A stretch of DNA of 64,000 nucleotides, taken from assembly GCA_964555915.1 (NCBI GenBank), contig CAZKUK010000004.1, forward strand, positions 72,349 through 136,348, written 5' to 3'. A model generated the notes under the pieces. It did not search any database, was not told where the DNA came from, and worked only from the letters and a program-made list of their open reading frames with translations. The number at the start of each line of letters is the position of its first letter. Positions within the stretch are counted from its first letter, which is position 1. Made by a program: the position numbers and the translations under genes. Source of the DNA: an uncultured Mycobacterium sp. (lineage in GTDB: Bacteria; Actinomycetota; Actinomycetes; Mycobacteriales; Mycobacteriaceae). Shown piece after piece: positions 22,466 through 34,403 of this stretch.

Positions 22466-23713
22466 CTAACCGCTGCCGGTTCTCAGCAGCGCGGCGACCG
22501 CGTCCACGATACGACTGGCCATCAATGTCTTGGAGCCGTGTTCGAGTGCCACCTCGGTACCGTCGGCACCCAGCAGCCAACCGTCATTGCTGTCCACTTC
22601 GAATGCCCGGCCGTCCCCGACCGCATTGACGACCAGCAGATCACAGGCTTTGCGTCGAAGTTTGGCACGAGCATGGAACAGTACGTCGCCGTTGGCATCG
22701 CCGGTTTCGGCGGCGAACCCGACGATCACGCGCATATCGGGCAGCTGTCCGTCGGCTCGCTGTTGTACCGCGCCGGCAAGCACGTCCTCGGTGCGTACCA
22801 GATCCAGCGTAGGCATATCTCGAGCGTCATTGGTCTTTTTGATCTTGCTGGTCGCCGCATGCGCGGGCCGGAAGTCGGCGACCGCGGCGGCCATCACCAG
22901 CACGTGGGCCCCCGGTGCGTGTTTGGACACCGCCTCATGCATCTGAGCCGCCGAGGTCACGCGCACGATCTGCACCCCCGCAGGGTCGGCAAGCCCTGAG
23001 GTATTGCCCGCGATGAGGGTGACATCCGCACCGCGTTGCACGGCGACCCGCGCGACCGCATACCCCTGCTTGCCGGAACTCCGGTTACCGATGAAGCGCA
23101 CCGGGTCCAGCGCCTCCCGGGTGCCCCCGGCGGTCACGAGCACCTTGGCGCCGGCCAGATTGTGTCTGAGGGCATCAGCCCGAGCCAGCAGCAGCTCGGC
23201 GAACGTGGTGATCTCGTCGGGCTCGGGCAGGCGCCCCGCGCCGGTATCGGCGCCGGTGAGCCGGCCGAATGCAGGTTCGAGCACCGCGACGCCGCGACGG
23301 CGGAGGGTTGCCACGTTGTCCACGGTCGCCGGGTGCTGCCACATCTCGGTGTGCATGGCCGGGGCCAGCAGCACCGGGCAGCGGGCGGTCAGAAGGGTGG
23401 CGGTCAGCAGATCGTCGGCACGGCCGATCGCCGCGCGAGCGAGCAGGTCCGCGGTCGCGGGCGCCACCAGCACGAGGTCGGCGTCCTGCCCCATCCGAAC
23501 GTGCGGAACATCAGGGACATCTTCGAATACCCCGGTCCGGACCGGATGGCCGGACAGCGCCTCGAAGGTCGCAGCGCCGACGAATCGGAGAGCCGATTCG
23601 GTGGGAACGACCCGTACCTGGTGTCCGGCTTCGCTGAGTTGGCGGACCACCGAGCAGGACTTGTAGGCGGCGATACCGCCGGCCACGCCGACGATGATCC
23701 GCTTGGGGCGCAT
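22466..23713 (-). CDS. coaBC: Bifunctional phosphopantothenoylcysteine decarboxylase/ligase
   Basis: GVAGGIAAYK, APAMHTEM, DPVRFIGNRSSGKQG, GFAAET. Confidence 0.98.
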   Translation of the reverse strand: MRPKRIIVGVAGGIAAYKSCSVVRQLSEAGHQVRVVPTESALRFVGAATFEALSGHPVRTGVFEDVPDVPHVRMGQDADLVLVAPATADLLARAAIGRADDLLTATLLTARCPVLLAPAMHTEMWQHPATVDNVATLRRRGVAVLEPAFGRLTGADTGAGRLPEPDEITTFAELLLARADALRHNLAGAKVLVTAGGTREALDPVRFIGNRSSGKQGYAVARVAVQRGADVTLIAGNTSGLADPAGVQIVRVTSAAQMHEAVSKHAPGAHVLVMAAAVADFRPAHAATSKIKKTNDARDMPTLDLVRTEDVLAGAVQQRADGQLPDMRVIVGFAAETGDANGDVLFHARAKLRRKACDLLVVNAVGDGRAFEVDSNDGWLLGADGTEVALEHGSKTLMASRIVDAVAALLRTGSG

Positions 23714-23735
23714 AGCCGACCCGCGCCGAACGCGG

Positions 23736-24035
23736 TTACTCGCCCTCGGTGTGCTCGAGCTTGTCGCCGTGGATCTCGCGCAGCGCGATCGACAGCGGCT
23801 TCTCCTGCAGACCCGGCTCGACCAGCGGACCGACGTACTCGAGGATGCCCTCGCCGAGTTGGTTGTAGTAGTCGTTGATCTGTCGCGCCCGCTTGGCGGC
23901 ATAGATCACCAGGGCGTACTTGCTGGAGACCCGGGCCAGTAGCTCATCGATCGGCGGGTTGGTGATGCCCAGCGGTGTGTCGTAGGCACTGGCAGCACCG
24001 GGGGCTGGATCGTAATGATCCGCTGTGGTTGTCAC
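23736..24035 (-). CDS. rpoZ: RNA polymerase omega subunit
   Basis: [28 protein letters not shown]. Confidence 0.98.
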   Translation of the reverse strand: MTTTADHYDPAPGAASAYDTPLGITNPPIDELLARVSSKYALVIYAAKRARQINDYYNQLGEGILEYVGPLVEPGLQEKPLSIALREIHGDKLEHTEGE

Positions 24036-24111
24036 GTGGTTTTTCTCCTGACCTTTGCCTGGCGGTGAGTTTCGATTCGATGGGCCCGTTTGGGAGGTCG
24101 ACTCCGACCGC

Positions 24112-24738
24112 TCACGCCGGCTCCGGCGCGTTTCCTAGCAGCAACGATACCAATTCGGCGCAGGCGGACTCCAATTGGCTGTTCACCACGACGACGTCGA
24201 ACTCATCCTTGGCGGCCAGTTCGGCATCGGCGGTGGCCAGCCGGCGCGCCATCCGGTCCGGAGATTCGGTGCCGCGGCCCACCAGCCGCTGCTTCAGCGC
24301 CTCCCGGCTGGGTGGTGCCAGAAACACGCTCACGGCGTCGGGCATGGTCAGCTTGACTGCGCGAGCACCGGCGAGATCGACCTCGATCAGCACCGGCCGA
24401 CCGGCGGCGGCGGCCCGCCGCACCGGCTCCGCCGGAGTGCCGGACCGGTGCAGTCCACCGTGGATCTCAGCCCATTCCAGCAGCTCGCCACCATCGACGA
24501 GTTGCTGGAACCGGGTGGGGGTCACGAACGCGTAGTCTGACCCGTCGACCTCGCCCGGACGGGGTTCGCGTGTGGTGGCCGACACGCTGAAAAACAGATT
24601 CGGCACCTGCTCGCGCAGGCGCCGAACGACGGTCGACTTACCGACGGCAGACGGGCCGGAAAGCACGAGCACACGTCCTCGCCCAGCTGTCTGTGGGGAA
24701 GACCCGCCTGCGCTGTCCGGCTCGCCGCCGGTGTTCAC
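24112..24738 (-). CDS. gmk: Guanylate kinase
   Basis: [23 protein letters not shown]. Start uncertain (GTG 24738 chosen). Confidence 0.96.
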   Translation of the reverse strand: MNTGGEPDSAGGSSPQTAGRGRVLVLSGPSAVGKSTVVRRLREQVPNLFFSVSATTREPRPGEVDGSDYAFVTPTRFQQLVDGGELLEWAEIHGGLHRSGTPAEPVRRAAAAGRPVLIEVDLAGARAVKLTMPDAVSVFLAPPSREALKQRLVGRGTESPDRMARRLATADAELAAKDEFDVVVVNSQLESACAELVSLLLGNAPEPA

Positions 24739-24772
24739 CAACTTGGCCAGACCGACAAAATTCGGGCAGGAC

Positions 24773-25084
24773 TCAGGAGAACTTTTCCAGCAAGGCCTTG
24801 CGCTGCCGGTCTCCGAGCCCCCGCAGCCGGCGAGTGGGAGCGATCTCCAGCTCGGTCATGATCTCTTGCGCCTTGACCTTGCCCACCTTGGGCAGCGCTT
24901 CGAGCAGGGCCGAAACCTTCATCTTGCCGAGCACCTCGTCGGTCTCGGCGTCCTTGAGCACCTGCGTGAGGTTTGTGCCGCCGCGCTTGAGCCGATCCTT
25001 CAGCTCAGCACGTATCCGACGGGCGGCGGCAGCCTTCTCCAAGGCTGCGGCGCGCTGCTCATCGGTCAACTGGGGAAGGGCCAC
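24773..25084 (-). CDS. mihF: Mycobacterial integration host factor
   Basis: [23 protein letters not shown]...[18 protein letters not shown]. Confidence 0.98.
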   Translation of the reverse strand: MALPQLTDEQRAAALEKAAAARRIRAELKDRLKRGGTNLTQVLKDAETDEVLGKMKVSALLEALPKVGKVKAQEIMTELEIAPTRRLRGLGDRQRKALLEKFS

Positions 25085-25440
25085 GGGTTCCTCCGTCTCA
25101 TCACCATCATTGTTTTGCCTGGGCCGGGTACTTCAGCCAGCGACGCCGACCGTACCCACGTCGTCCGACGAAATCTAACCCGCCCCCGCTCCAAAGGCGA
25201 AAACTCACCGGGCTGGCACTGCTGATCATCGAGCCGGGAAGGGGGCCGAATCCATCGAATCCCTCGCCGGATGGTTCAGCCGACCGAACCATTTCAGTCA
25301 CGGATTTTCCCTCTAGCAGGGCTTTTGCCCATGACACGAAGGGCAGTGGGCCGGAATCCAGGGTCAGCCGCCCACACCTGCGATCAAACTCACGTCCGAT
25401 CCGCGCACCTACGGCGTGTCGTGCGTGTCGCGGCGATGGG

Positions 25441-26280
25441 TCAGGCCAGGTACGCAACCGCGTCGCGCAGCCGCTCCCCGGCCGCGCGGACCGCAGCCGG
25501 ATTCGGACCGGCCCGCAGAATCTCCCTCGAGACCGCGGGCAGCAGCTGCCCGGCCCGCGCCCCACCGAGTCCGGACAGCGTTTCCGGACGCCCCCCCTGG
25601 GCACCGACTCCGGGCACCAGGACAGGCCCCCCGAGTCCGCTCAGATCAGGGACGGCGCCGGCAACGCGGTCCAGTGTCGCGCCGATCACCACCCCCACCG
25701 AGCCCGGTTCCGGTGCGGCTCTCTCATTGACCGCCGCCGCTGCATCGACGATGCTCTGCGCCACCGTGCGTCCGCCGATGAGGGCACGCTGCACCCCGGC
25801 GCCCTCCGGATTCGAGGTGGCGGCCAGGACGAAGACCCCACGGCCGTGCGCCGCGGCGACATCGAGCAGTGGCGACAAGGACCCGAATCCCAGGTACGGC
25901 GAGACGGTGACCGCATCGCCGGCAATCGGCCCGTCAGCAGCCCAGGCCTGCGCGTAGGCGGCCATGGTCGATCCGATATCACCTCGTTTGGCGTCGGCCA
26001 GCACCAGGACTCCCGCCGACCGCAGGGCCGCGGTGGTTCGCTCCAGCACCGAGAATCCGGCCGCTCCGTACACCTCGAAGAAAGCCACCTGCGGCTTGAC
26101 CACCGCGAACCCGGTGTAGGCCTCGATGCAGATATCGCAGAAACGGCCGAGCCCGTCGACGGTCGCCGGCAGGCCCCAGGCAGCCATCAGCTCGGGATGC
26201 GGGTCGATCCCCACACACAGCGGCCCGCGGGTCGCAATCGCGGCGGCCAGCCGGGCGCCGAAACCCTCCTGGCCCCGCAC
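25441..26280 (-). CDS. pyrF: Orotidine-5'-phosphate decarboxylase
   Basis: [37 protein letters not shown] 1 nt after the carB stop. Confidence 0.96.
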   Translation of the reverse strand: MRGQEGFGARLAAAIATRGPLCVGIDPHPELMAAWGLPATVDGLGRFCDICIEAYTGFAVVKPQVAFFEVYGAAGFSVLERTTAALRSAGVLVLADAKRGDIGSTMAAYAQAWAADGPIAGDAVTVSPYLGFGSLSPLLDVAAAHGRGVFVLAATSNPEGAGVQRALIGGRTVAQSIVDAAAAVNERAAPEPGSVGVVIGATLDRVAGAVPDLSGLGGPVLVPGVGAQGGRPETLSGLGGARAGQLLPAVSREILRAGPNPAAVRAAGERLRDAVAYLA

Positions 26281-26281
26281 C

Positions 26282-29200
26282 TCAGGCCTCACCGAGAGCG
26301 GCATGTAGCTCTTGTAGCGACCGGACTCCGATATCACCGCGGATAGCGGCTTCGATTCCCTGCACAGCGGCTGATGCACCCTGCACAGTGGTGATACAGG
26401 GAATATTCATCGCGACTGCGGCAGAACGAATCTCGTAACCGTCCACCCGCGGACCGGAATTGCCGTAGGGGGTGTTGATCACCATGTTGACCTCGGCGGC
26501 GTTGATGGCATCGATCGCGGTCATCGCCGACCGGCCTTCCCGGGGGGTCTCAAAGTGTTTGCGCACGATATCGCACGGAATTCCGTTGCGGCGCAACATC
26601 TCCGCAGTTCCCTCGGTGGCCAGCACCCGGAAACCCAGATCGGCGAGCCGTTTGACCGGGAATACCAGCGAGCGCTTATCGCGGTTGGCCACCGATACGA
26701 AAACAGTCCCTTCGGTGGGCAGCGATCCATAGGCCGCTGCCTGGCTTTTCGCGAATGCGCTGCCGAAGTCGTGATCGATTCCCATGACCTCACCGGTCGA
26801 CTTCATCTCCGGTCCGAGCAGCGAGTCCACGCCGGAACCGTCCACCCGCCGGAATCGCCGGAACGGCAGCACCGCTTCCTTGACCGCTATCGGGACATGT
26901 GGGTCCGGGCTGGACCCGTCACCGTGGGCAAGCAGAAGACCCTCAGCCCGCAGTTGGGAAATGCTGGTGCCCAGCATAACTCGCGCACAGGCCTTAGCCA
27001 GCGGCACTGCGGTCGCTTTGGAGACGAACGGCACGGTGCGGCTGGCACGCGGGTTGGCCTCCAAGACGTAGAGCACATCGTCCTTGAGCGCGTACTGGAC
27101 GTTCAACAGTCCCACCACGCCCACTCCGTGCGCAATCGCCTCCGTCGCGTGCCGGACCGCCTCGATGTCACTGCGGCCCAGCGTCACCGGGGGTAGCGCA
27201 CAGGCGGAATCCCCGGAGTGGATTCCGGCCTCCTCGATGTGCTCCATCACCCCGCCGATGTAGACCTCGGTGCCATCACAAAGGGCGTCGACGTCGATTT
27301 CGATGGCATCTTCGAGGAACCGGTCGACGAGGACGGGGTGCTCGGGCGACAACTGGGTGGCCCGCGTGATGTAACCGTGCAGGGTCTCCTCGTCGTAGAC
27401 GATCTCCATACCGCGCCCGCCCAGCACGTAGGAGGGCCGCACCAGCACGGGGTAGCCGATACCCGCGGCGATCTCCCGGGCCTCCTCGAAACTCGTTGCA
27501 GTACCGAACTTCGGTGCGGGCAGACCAGCGTTGACCAGCACCTGACCGAACCGGCCACGGTCTTCGGCGAGGTCGATGGCCTCCGGCCGGGTGCCGACGA
27601 TCGGCACACCGGCGTCCTCGAGCTGATGGGCCAGTCCCAGCGGGGTTTGCCCGCCGAGTTGGACGATAGCGCCCACCACGCCCGGACCTCCCTCGCCGGA
27701 CCGTGATTCGGCGAGGTAGACCTCCAACACGTCCTCGAATGTGAGCGGTTCGAAATACAGCCGGTCAGCGGTGTCGTAGTCGGTCGAGACGGTCTCCGGG
27801 TTGCAGTTGATCATGACGGTCTCGAAACCCGCTGCGGACAACGTGGTGGCCGCATGAACGCAGCTGTAGTCGAATTCGATCCCCTGTCCGATCCGGTTCG
27901 GTCCGCTGCCGAGGATGAGGACCTTGGGCTTCTCGGTCTGCGGGGCTACTTCCGTCTCAGCCGCCGGATCGAGTTCATAGGTCGAATAGTGGTACGGGGT
28001 CTTGGCTTCGAACTCCGCCGCGCAGGTATCGACCGTCTTGAACACCGGGTGGATACCCAGCCGGCGGCGCAGCGTCCGCACGCCGGTCTCACCCGCCAGT
28101 TCGGGGCGGAGCGCGGCAACCTGACGGTCCGAGAGTCCGTTGTGCTTGGCGCGCCGCAGCAGGTCGGCATCCAGGACCGGCGCGGCGCTCAGTTCCGCGC
28201 GCAGGGTCACCAGGCCACGGATCTGATCCACGAACCACGGGTCGACCCCGGACGCCTCGGCGACCCGTTCCACTTCGGCACCCAGCCGCAACGCCAGCTC
28301 GATGTCGTACAGCCGGCCCTCCACGGGGTTGCGCAGCCGGGCCAGGATCGCATCCACATCGCCGGCATCGCCACCGTAGTCGGCGTCGGCTCCGGTCCAG
28401 AACCCGGTCCGGGTCGTCTCCAGGGATCGCATCACCTTGCCGAGTGCCTCGACGAAATTACGGCCCATCGACATTGCCTCGCCGACCGATTTCATCGTGG
28501 TGGTCAGGGTCGGGTCGGCGCCGGGGAACTTCTCGAAGGCGAACCGGGGCGCCTTGACCACCACGTAGTCCAGGGTCGGCTCGAAGCAGGCCGGGGTTTG
28601 CCTGGTGATGTCGTTGAGGATCTCGTCGAGGGTGTAGCCGATGGCCAGCTTCGCGGCGATCTTCGCGATCGGGAACCCAGTGGCCTTGGAGGCCAGCGCA
28701 CTGGACCGCGAGACCCGCGGATTCATTTCAATGACGATCAGCCGACCGTCGGCCGGATTGACGGCGAACTGGATGTTGCAGCCACCGGTGTCGACGCCGA
28801 CCTCGCGGAGGATCGCGATACCCAGATCGCGCATCACCTGGTACTCGCGGTCGGTCAGCGTCATTGCCGGCGCCACCGTGACCGAGTCGCCGGTGTGCAC
28901 ACCCATCGGGTCGACGTTCTCGATCGAGCAGACCACCACGACGTTGTCCTTGCCGTCGCGCATCAACTCGAGCTCGTACTCCTTCCAGCCGAAGATGGAT
29001 TCCTCGATCAACACGTTCGCGCTCGGGGAGGCAGCCAGCCCATCCCCCGCCATCCGTTCGACATCCTCGTGCGAATGCGCCATACCGGAACCCAGCCCGC
29101 CCATGGTGAACGACGGCCGGATCACCACCGGCAGGCCGAGATCATGGACTGTCTCGCGAACCTCCGCCATGGTGAAGCACACGCGACTGCGCGCGGATTC

Positions 29201-29638
29201 CCCACCTACCGAGCCGACGATGTCCTTGAACTTCTGCCGGTCCTCGCCGCGCTGGATGGCCTCGAAGTCCGCGCCGATCAGTTCCACTCCGTAACGGTCG
29301 AGCACCCCGTGTTCGGATAACGCCACAGCGGTGTTCAACGCGGTCTGGCCGCCCAGAGTGGCCAGCAGCGCGTCAATCGGTCTGCCCCGGGCGGCCTGTT
29401 GAGCTATGACCTTCTCAACGAACGCCGGGGTGATCGGCTCGACATAGGTGTAGTCGGCGTACTCGGGATCGGTCATGATCGTGGCCGGGTTGGAGTTCAC
29501 CAGGCTCACCGTCAAACCCTCGGCGCGCAGGACCCGACAGGCCTGGGTACCCGAGTAGTCGAACTCGCAGGCCTGCCCGATGATGATCGGTCCGGATCCG
29601 ATCACCAGAACATGGTTGAGGTCGGTACGGCGTGGCAT
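26282..29638 (-). CDS. carB: Carbamoyl-phosphate synthase large subunit
   Basis: MPRRTDL...[41 protein letters not shown]. Confidence 0.99.
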   Translation of the reverse strand: MPRRTDLNHVLVIGSGPIIIGQACEFDYSGTQACRVLRAEGLTVSLVNSNPATIMTDPEYADYTYVEPITPAFVEKVIAQQAARGRPIDALLATLGGQTALNTAVALSEHGVLDRYGVELIGADFEAIQRGEDRQKFKDIVGSVGGESARSRVCFTMAEVRETVHDLGLPVVIRPSFTMGGLGSGMAHSHEDVERMAGDGLAASPSANVLIEESIFGWKEYELELMRDGKDNVVVVCSIENVDPMGVHTGDSVTVAPAMTLTDREYQVMRDLGIAILREVGVDTGGCNIQFAVNPADGRLIVIEMNPRVSRSSALASKATGFPIAKIAAKLAIGYTLDEILNDITRQTPACFEPTLDYVVVKAPRFAFEKFPGADPTLTTTMKSVGEAMSMGRNFVEALGKVMRSLETTRTGFWTGADADYGGDAGDVDAILARLRNPVEGRLYDIELALRLGAEVERVAEASGVDPWFVDQIRGLVTLRAELSAAPVLDADLLRRAKHNGLSDRQVAALRPELAGETGVRTLRRRLGIHPVFKTVDTCAAEFEAKTPYHYSTYELDPAAETEVAPQTEKPKVLILGSGPNRIGQGIEFDYSCVHAATTLSAAGFETVMINCNPETVSTDYDTADRLYFEPLTFEDVLEVYLAESRSGEGGPGVVGAIVQLGGQTPLGLAHQLEDAGVPIVGTRPEAIDLAEDRGRFGQVLVNAGLPAPKFGTATSFEEAREIAAGIGYPVLVRPSYVLGGRGMEIVYDEETLHGYITRATQLSPEHPVLVDRFLEDAIEIDVDALCDGTEVYIGGVMEHIEEAGIHSGDSACALPPVTLGRSDIEAVRHATEAIAHGVGVVGLLNVQYALKDDVLYVLEANPRASRTVPFVSKATAVPLAKACARVMLGTSISQLRAEGLLLAHGDGSSPDPHVPIAVKEAVLPFRRFRRVDGSGVDSLLGPEMKSTGEVMGIDHDFGSAFAKSQAAAYGSLPTEGTVFVSVANRDKRSLVFPVKRLADLGFRVLATEGTAEMLRRNGIPCDIVRKHFETPREGRSAMTAIDAINAAEVNMVINTPYGNSGPRVDGYEIRSAAVAMNIPCITTVQGASAAVQGIEAAIRGDIGVRSLQELHAALGEA

Positions 29639-29658
29639 CTAACGCTCCCCTATCTCGC

Positions 29659-29720
29659 CCCGAGCGTGCGCATCGGTCCACCGCCAGCGGCGGGTCGGTG
29701 CACCGACACGCACGCTCGGG
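29659..29720. repeat. REP-like nested inverted repeat between carA and carB
   Basis: 12-bp perfect IR CCCGAGCGTGCG/CGCACGCTCGGG enclosing CCGCC-agc-GGCGG and the perfect 14-bp palindrome GTCGGTGCACCGAC (29694-29707). Confidence 0.7.
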
Positions 29721-29730
29721 ACGCGGCGGG

Positions 29731-30855
29731 TCATCCGGCGCTCTCCATGAGGTCGACGAACTGGTCGAACAGGTAGTTGGCATCGTGCGGGCCGGCGGCC
29801 GCCTCGGGGTGGTACTGCACCGAGAACGCCCTGCCGTCGACGAGCCGGACACCCTCCACCACACCGTCATTGGCGCAGGTGTGGCTCACCACGGCCGGGC
29901 CGAAGTCGGTATCGAAACGTTCACCTGCCTCACCCTCCAGGGCGAAGCCGTGGTTCTGCGCCGTGACCGCGACGCGACCGGTGGCGTGGTCGATCACCGG
30001 CACGTTTATACCGCGGTGACCGAACACCATCTTGTAGGTGGAACGCCCCAGCGCCCGGCCCAGGATCTGGTTGCCGAAACAGATTCCGAACAGCGGAATC
30101 CCGGCCCCGAGAACCTCTCTGGTGACTGCCACGACCCGGTCGGCGGTCGCGGGGTCGCCGGGACCGTTGGACAGGAAAACCCCATCGGGCTTCAACTCGG
30201 TGATCGCGTCGAACGGCGCGGTCGACGGCAACACGTGGGTGCGGACGCCGCGTCGGGCAAAGTTCCGCGGTGTATTGGTTTTGATCCCCAGATCCAGCGC
30301 GGCGACGGTGAAACGGTGCGTGCCGAGCGGTTGCACGATGTAGCTCTCGGGTGCGCTGACCTCCCCGCACAGGTCGGCACCGAGCATCGCGGGCTGGCTG
30401 CGGACCCTGCTCAGCAACTCGGCCTCGTCAGCGAGCGCAGGACCGGAGAAAACCCCCGCCGCCATGGCGCCCCGGGTGCGCAGGTGTCGGACGATTGAGC
30501 GGGTGTCCACCCCGGCGATGCCGATGACACCCTGCCGGATCAGTTCGTCCTCGAGGCTTCCGGTGGACCGCCAGTTCGATGCGCGCGGAGACGGATCCCG
30601 GATGACGTAGCCGGCCACCCAAATCTTGTCGCCCCGACTCTCGGCGTCCTCCTGGTTCCAGCCGGTATTGCCGATCTGTGGCGCGGTGGCGATGACGATC
30701 TGCCGGTGGTAGCTGGGGTCTGTCAGAGTCTCCTGGTAGCCCGACATTCCGGTCGAGAACACCGCCTCACCGAGCGTCTGGCCGACCGCGCCGAACGCCG
30801 TTCCGGTGTGAACGCGCCCGTCCTCGAGGACCAGGACGGCCTTCTGCTGGGTCAC
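29731..30855 (-). CDS. carA: Carbamoyl-phosphate synthase small subunit
   Basis: [42 protein letters not shown]. Confidence 0.98.
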   Translation of the reverse strand: MTQQKAVLVLEDGRVHTGTAFGAVGQTLGEAVFSTGMSGYQETLTDPSYHRQIVIATAPQIGNTGWNQEDAESRGDKIWVAGYVIRDPSPRASNWRSTGSLEDELIRQGVIGIAGVDTRSIVRHLRTRGAMAAGVFSGPALADEAELLSRVRSQPAMLGADLCGEVSAPESYIVQPLGTHRFTVAALDLGIKTNTPRNFARRGVRTHVLPSTAPFDAITELKPDGVFLSNGPGDPATADRVVAVTREVLGAGIPLFGICFGNQILGRALGRSTYKMVFGHRGINVPVIDHATGRVAVTAQNHGFALEGEAGERFDTDFGPAVVSHTCANDGVVEGVRLVDGRAFSVQYHPEAAAGPHDANYLFDQFVDLMESAG

Positions 30856-31391
30856 GCGGAGTCTCCTGTCGTGGGGTCGCCCGAGGTAGTCCATTCGTCG
30901 TAGCCGGTGCGGCCCTCGCCGCGGAAGCCGGTATCGATCTCGGTGCCCGACGGCAGCCGCCAGCGGATCACCAGAATTCTCCGGAGCGTGTCCGGCCCGC
31001 GGCCGGGAATGACCTTCCCGGCCAGCGCCCGCTCGGTGCGAACACCGGTGATGGCGTTCTCCGGCATCCAGATCGGGCTGGCCCCGGAGCGTTCCATGAG
31101 CACGCCCTCCGGGTAGCGGGTGAGCACCGCCTTCGACCGATAGCCGAGGTCGCCGACATTGACCCGCTCCAGCCAGTTCGGTGCCAGAGTGCTGCCCAGA
31201 TAAAGACCCTGGGTGGGCGCGACGAGAGCGGCTCCGACCAGGTCCGGCATGGCCGGAAGTTCACCGATCATCTCAATCTGCCGCTGCGACCGATGCCGCC
31301 AGCCACGCAGCATGGCGCGGATGACAAAGCCGATACCGATGACGACGAGTAACCCGAAAATGTAGGTCCCGATGGCCGTCCCGGTATTCAC
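30852..31391 (-). CDS. Conserved membrane-anchored protein (Rv1382-like)
   Basis: N-terminal [32 protein letters not shown]; GTGA overlaps with pyrC and carA. Confidence 0.85.
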   Translation of the reverse strand: MNTGTAIGTYIFGLLVVIGIGFVIRAMLRGWRHRSQRQIEMIGELPAMPDLVGAALVAPTQGLYLGSTLAPNWLERVNVGDLGYRSKAVLTRYPEGVLMERSGASPIWMPENAITGVRTERALAGKVIPGRGPDTLRRILVIRWRLPSGTEIDTGFRGEGRTGYDEWTTSGDPTTGDSA

Positions 31392-32701
31392 CGACGGGCC
31401 TCGCCGTCCCGCGCGGTAATCCTGCCCCGCAACAGCGTCGCGGCGACGGTGGCCGGTAACGTCATGGCGTCGTAGGGCGTGTTGGCCGAGCGGCTGGCCA
31501 GGGCGCCGCCGTCGACCGTCCAGGTAGCGTCCGGATCGACGACGACCAGGTTGGCGGGCTCCCCCACCTCCAGGGGGCGGCCCTGATCGTCGAGGCCGAC
31601 GATCTCTGCGGGATTCTCGCTCATCACCTTGGCGACGCCGCGCCAGTCCAGCAGGCCGGGTTCCACCATGGTCGCCACGACCACGGACAATGCGGTCTGC
31701 AGTCCCAGCATGCCGGGCCGGGCGACGGAGAACTCACAACATTTCTCCTGCTCCGCATGCGGGGCGTGATCGGTTGCCACACAGTCGATCACCCCGTCGG
31801 CGAGCGCACGGCGCAACGATTCGGTATCGGTGACTTCACGTAACGGCGGGTTTACCCGGTTTCGGCCGTCATAGCTGGCGAGCCTGCTGTCATCGAGCAT
31901 CAGATGGTGCGGAGTCACCTCGGCGGTAATCGCAATACCCTGCCGCTTGGCCCATTCGAGTATTCCCACCGTTCCCGCCGTCGACGCGTGGCAGATGTGC
32001 ACTCGGGCGCCGGCATCGCGGGCCAGCAGGGCGTCACGGGCAACGATCGCCTCCTCGGCGGCCCGGGGCCATCCGGCCAGCCCGAGCCGCGCGGCGTTGA
32101 CGCCCTCATGCGCCACCGCGTCGACCGTTAACCGCGGCTCTTCAGCATGTTGCGCGATCAGCACGCCCAGTCCGGCGGAGTACTCCAGGGCCCGTCGCAT
32201 CACCAACGGATCGTCAACGCATCGGCCATCGTCGGAGAACAGCCGGACCCGGGCCGCACCCGTGGCCATCAACCCCATCTCCGTGAGTTGTTTGCCGCCC
32301 AACCCGACAGTCACCGCCCCCACGGGGTGAACATCGACCAGCCCAACCTGCTGACCGCGCCGCCACACGTGGTCGGTGACCACCGGGCTGTCGGCCACAG
32401 GTTCGGTGTTCGCCATTGCAAACACTGCGGTGTACCCGCCCAGAGCCGCTGCCGCCGAACCGGTTTCGATATCCTCGGCGTATTCACGTCCGGGCTCGCG
32501 AAGGTGAGTGTGCAAGTCGACCAGTCCGGGCAGCAGAACCTTGCCGGTGGCCTCGATCACCTCAGCGTCATCCACGGCCGACAGGCTCGGGCCGATCTCG
32601 GCGATCCGGCCCGCAGCGACCAGCACATCGACCGCATCACCCTCGCCGTAGAGCCGGACTCCCCTGATCAGGACAGCGGGACTCGACTCCCGGGCACTCA
32701 T
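31388..32701 (-). CDS. pyrC: Dihydroorotase
   Basis: [29 protein letters not shown]. Confidence 0.97.
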   Translation of the reverse strand: MSARESSPAVLIRGVRLYGEGDAVDVLVAAGRIAEIGPSLSAVDDAEVIEATGKVLLPGLVDLHTHLREPGREYAEDIETGSAAAALGGYTAVFAMANTEPVADSPVVTDHVWRRGQQVGLVDVHPVGAVTVGLGGKQLTEMGLMATGAARVRLFSDDGRCVDDPLVMRRALEYSAGLGVLIAQHAEEPRLTVDAVAHEGVNAARLGLAGWPRAAEEAIVARDALLARDAGARVHICHASTAGTVGILEWAKRQGIAITAEVTPHHLMLDDSRLASYDGRNRVNPPLREVTDTESLRRALADGVIDCVATDHAPHAEQEKCCEFSVARPGMLGLQTALSVVVATMVEPGLLDWRGVAKVMSENPAEIVGLDDQGRPLEVGEPANLVVVDPDATWTVDGGALASRSANTPYDAMTLPATVAATLLRGRITARDGEARR

Positions 32702-33648
32702 ACACTCACCGCCTCGTCGGTGCCGACCAGCAGATGAAACAGCACAGCCATCCGGACATGCACCCCATTGGAAACCTGTTGCAGCACAGCCGACTGCGCG
32801 GAGTCCGCGACCGGAAAGGAGATTTCCATACCGCGCAGCATCGGGCCCGGGTGCAGCACCACAGCATGCTCGGGCAGCAGGGCCTGACGCTCCTCGGACA
32901 GACCGTAGAGCGCGGAGTACTCCCGTGGCGACGGAAAAAAGCCGCCGTTCATCCGCTCCGCCTGAACTCGCAGCATCATCACGGCATCGGCAATGGGTAA
33001 CTCGGCGTCCAGATCGTGTGACACCGTGACACCACCCCAGTCGGCTACCCCGACCGGCAGCAGCGTGGGCGGGGCGACGAGCACCACTTCGGCGCCCAGG
33101 ATGGTGAGCAGTGCAACGTTGGACCGGGCCACCCGGCTGTGTAGAACGTCGCCGACGATCACCACCCGGCGGCCCTCGATTCCACCGAGCCGCTGACGAA
33201 CGGTCAACGCGTCGAGCAAAGCCTGGGTGGGGTGTTCGTGGGTCCCGTCACCGGCATTGATGACACAGGGCCCGGTGCCATCCGGTTCGAGTGTCCATTC
33301 GGCCAGTTGCTGAGCCGCCCCCGACGCGGAATGACGAATGATCAGCGCGTCGGCACCGGTGGCTCGAAGTGTCAGGGCGGTGTCGCGCAGTGACTCTCCT
33401 TTCGAGACCGAGGATCCCGACGAGCTGACGTTGATCACGTCGGCACTCATCCACTTGCCGGCAACCTCGAAGGAAACCCGGGTTCGAGTGGAGTTCTCAT
33501 AAAACATCGTGATGATGGTCCGGCCCCGCAATGTGGGCAGTTTCTTCACATCACGGCCGAGCAGGGCCTGCTGGAAACGGTCGGCGTCGTCGAGGATGGC
33601 GGTGGCCGCGTCACGGGTCAGATCGGCGGCTGACAATAAGTGCCTCAT
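32698..33648 (-). CDS. pyrB: Aspartate carbamoyltransferase
   Basis: [42 protein letters not shown]. Confidence 0.98.
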   Translation of the reverse strand: MRHLLSAADLTRDAATAILDDADRFQQALLGRDVKKLPTLRGRTIITMFYENSTRTRVSFEVAGKWMSADVINVSSSGSSVSKGESLRDTALTLRATGADALIIRHSASGAAQQLAEWTLEPDGTGPCVINAGDGTHEHPTQALLDALTVRQRLGGIEGRRVVIVGDVLHSRVARSNVALLTILGAEVVLVAPPTLLPVGVADWGGVTVSHDLDAELPIADAVMMLRVQAERMNGGFFPSPREYSALYGLSEERQALLPEHAVVLHPGPMLRGMEISFPVADSAQSAVLQQVSNGVHVRMAVLFHLLVGTDEAVSV

Positions 33649-33708
33649 GACCATCTCTTCTTCGCGCAAGCGCTCATCATGACCATCTCTTCTTCGCGCA
33701 AGCGCTCA
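33645..33708 (-). repeat. Two exact tandem copies of a 32-bp MIRU-like unit
   Basis: TGAGCGCTTGCGCGAAGAAGAGATGGTCATGA x2 (minus strand) filling the whole pyrR-pyrB gap; each yields a mini-[13 protein letters not shown]. Confidence 0.9.
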
Positions 33709-34278
33709 TCAGCGGGCCGGGCCTCCGTGCGGCGCGATCCAGATACCTTCCACATCGTCGTCCTCGACGAATCGAACCTTGACGTTCTCGCTACGCGAGG
33801 TCGGGACGTTCTTTCCCACGTAGTCCGCCCGCAACGGCAGCTCCCGATGGCCGCGGTCGACGAGCACGGCGAGCTGTACCGCCTTCGGCCTGCCGATATC
33901 GCGCAGGGCGTCCAGCGCGGAACGAACCGAGCGGCCGGTGTAGAGCACGTCGTCAACGAGAATCACCATCGCGTTGTCGATACCGCCGGCCGGAATCGAG
34001 GTCTCCTCCAGCGCACGGGGCGGCTTGAAGTCCAGGTCGTCGCGGTAGAGCGTGATGTCCAGACCACCGCATGCAACGTCGATACCGGAGAACTCCTTGA
34101 TTTTCGCGGCCAACCGGTTCGCAACCGTGACCCCGCGAGTCGGGATACCGAGCAGGACAACCCTGGGAGATTCGCCGGAGTCGGCGGCGGTTTTCTCGAT
34201 GATCTGATGGGCCATCCGGGATATGGTCCGACCGACATCCGCGGGGGACATCAGTTCCCGGTCAATGGTGCCCGCCAA
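33709..34278 (-). CDS. pyrR: Pyrimidine operon regulator / UPRTase
   Basis: [45 protein letters not shown] start after AAGGAGG. Confidence 0.97.
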   Translation of the reverse strand: MAGTIDRELMSPADVGRTISRMAHQIIEKTAADSGESPRVVLLGIPTRGVTVANRLAAKIKEFSGIDVACGGLDITLYRDDLDFKPPRALEETSIPAGGIDNAMVILVDDVLYTGRSVRSALDALRDIGRPKAVQLAVLVDRGHRELPLRADYVGKNVPTSRSENVKVRFVEDDDVEGIWIAPHGGPAR

Positions 34279-34287
34279 GAGCCCAGA

Positions 34288-34325
34288 CCTCCTTCTCCGC
34301 CTCGCCGGACGGACCGTTAAAGGAT
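34288..34325 (-). promoter_or_regulatory. PyrR-binding RNA loop overlapping the pyrR SD
   Basis: CCUUUAACGG-UCCGUC-CGGCGA-GGCGGA-GAAGGAGG resembles the UCCNGNGAGGY PyrR loop; CCUUU can pair with the SD GAAGG. Confidence 0.75.
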
Positions 34326-34403
34326 GTCGATTGCGGGTGAGCGTAGCACCCGGGCCCGGGAGGGCGGACAACACGCCTGCGCCCCTGTCGTAGACTCGCG
34401 CCG

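Noticed and set aside
25085-25440. 356-bp pyrF-mihF intergenic region as a possible sRNA
   Set aside because: Only a 7-bp stem (25271-25292) is visible; the region is adequately explained as mihF promoter space.
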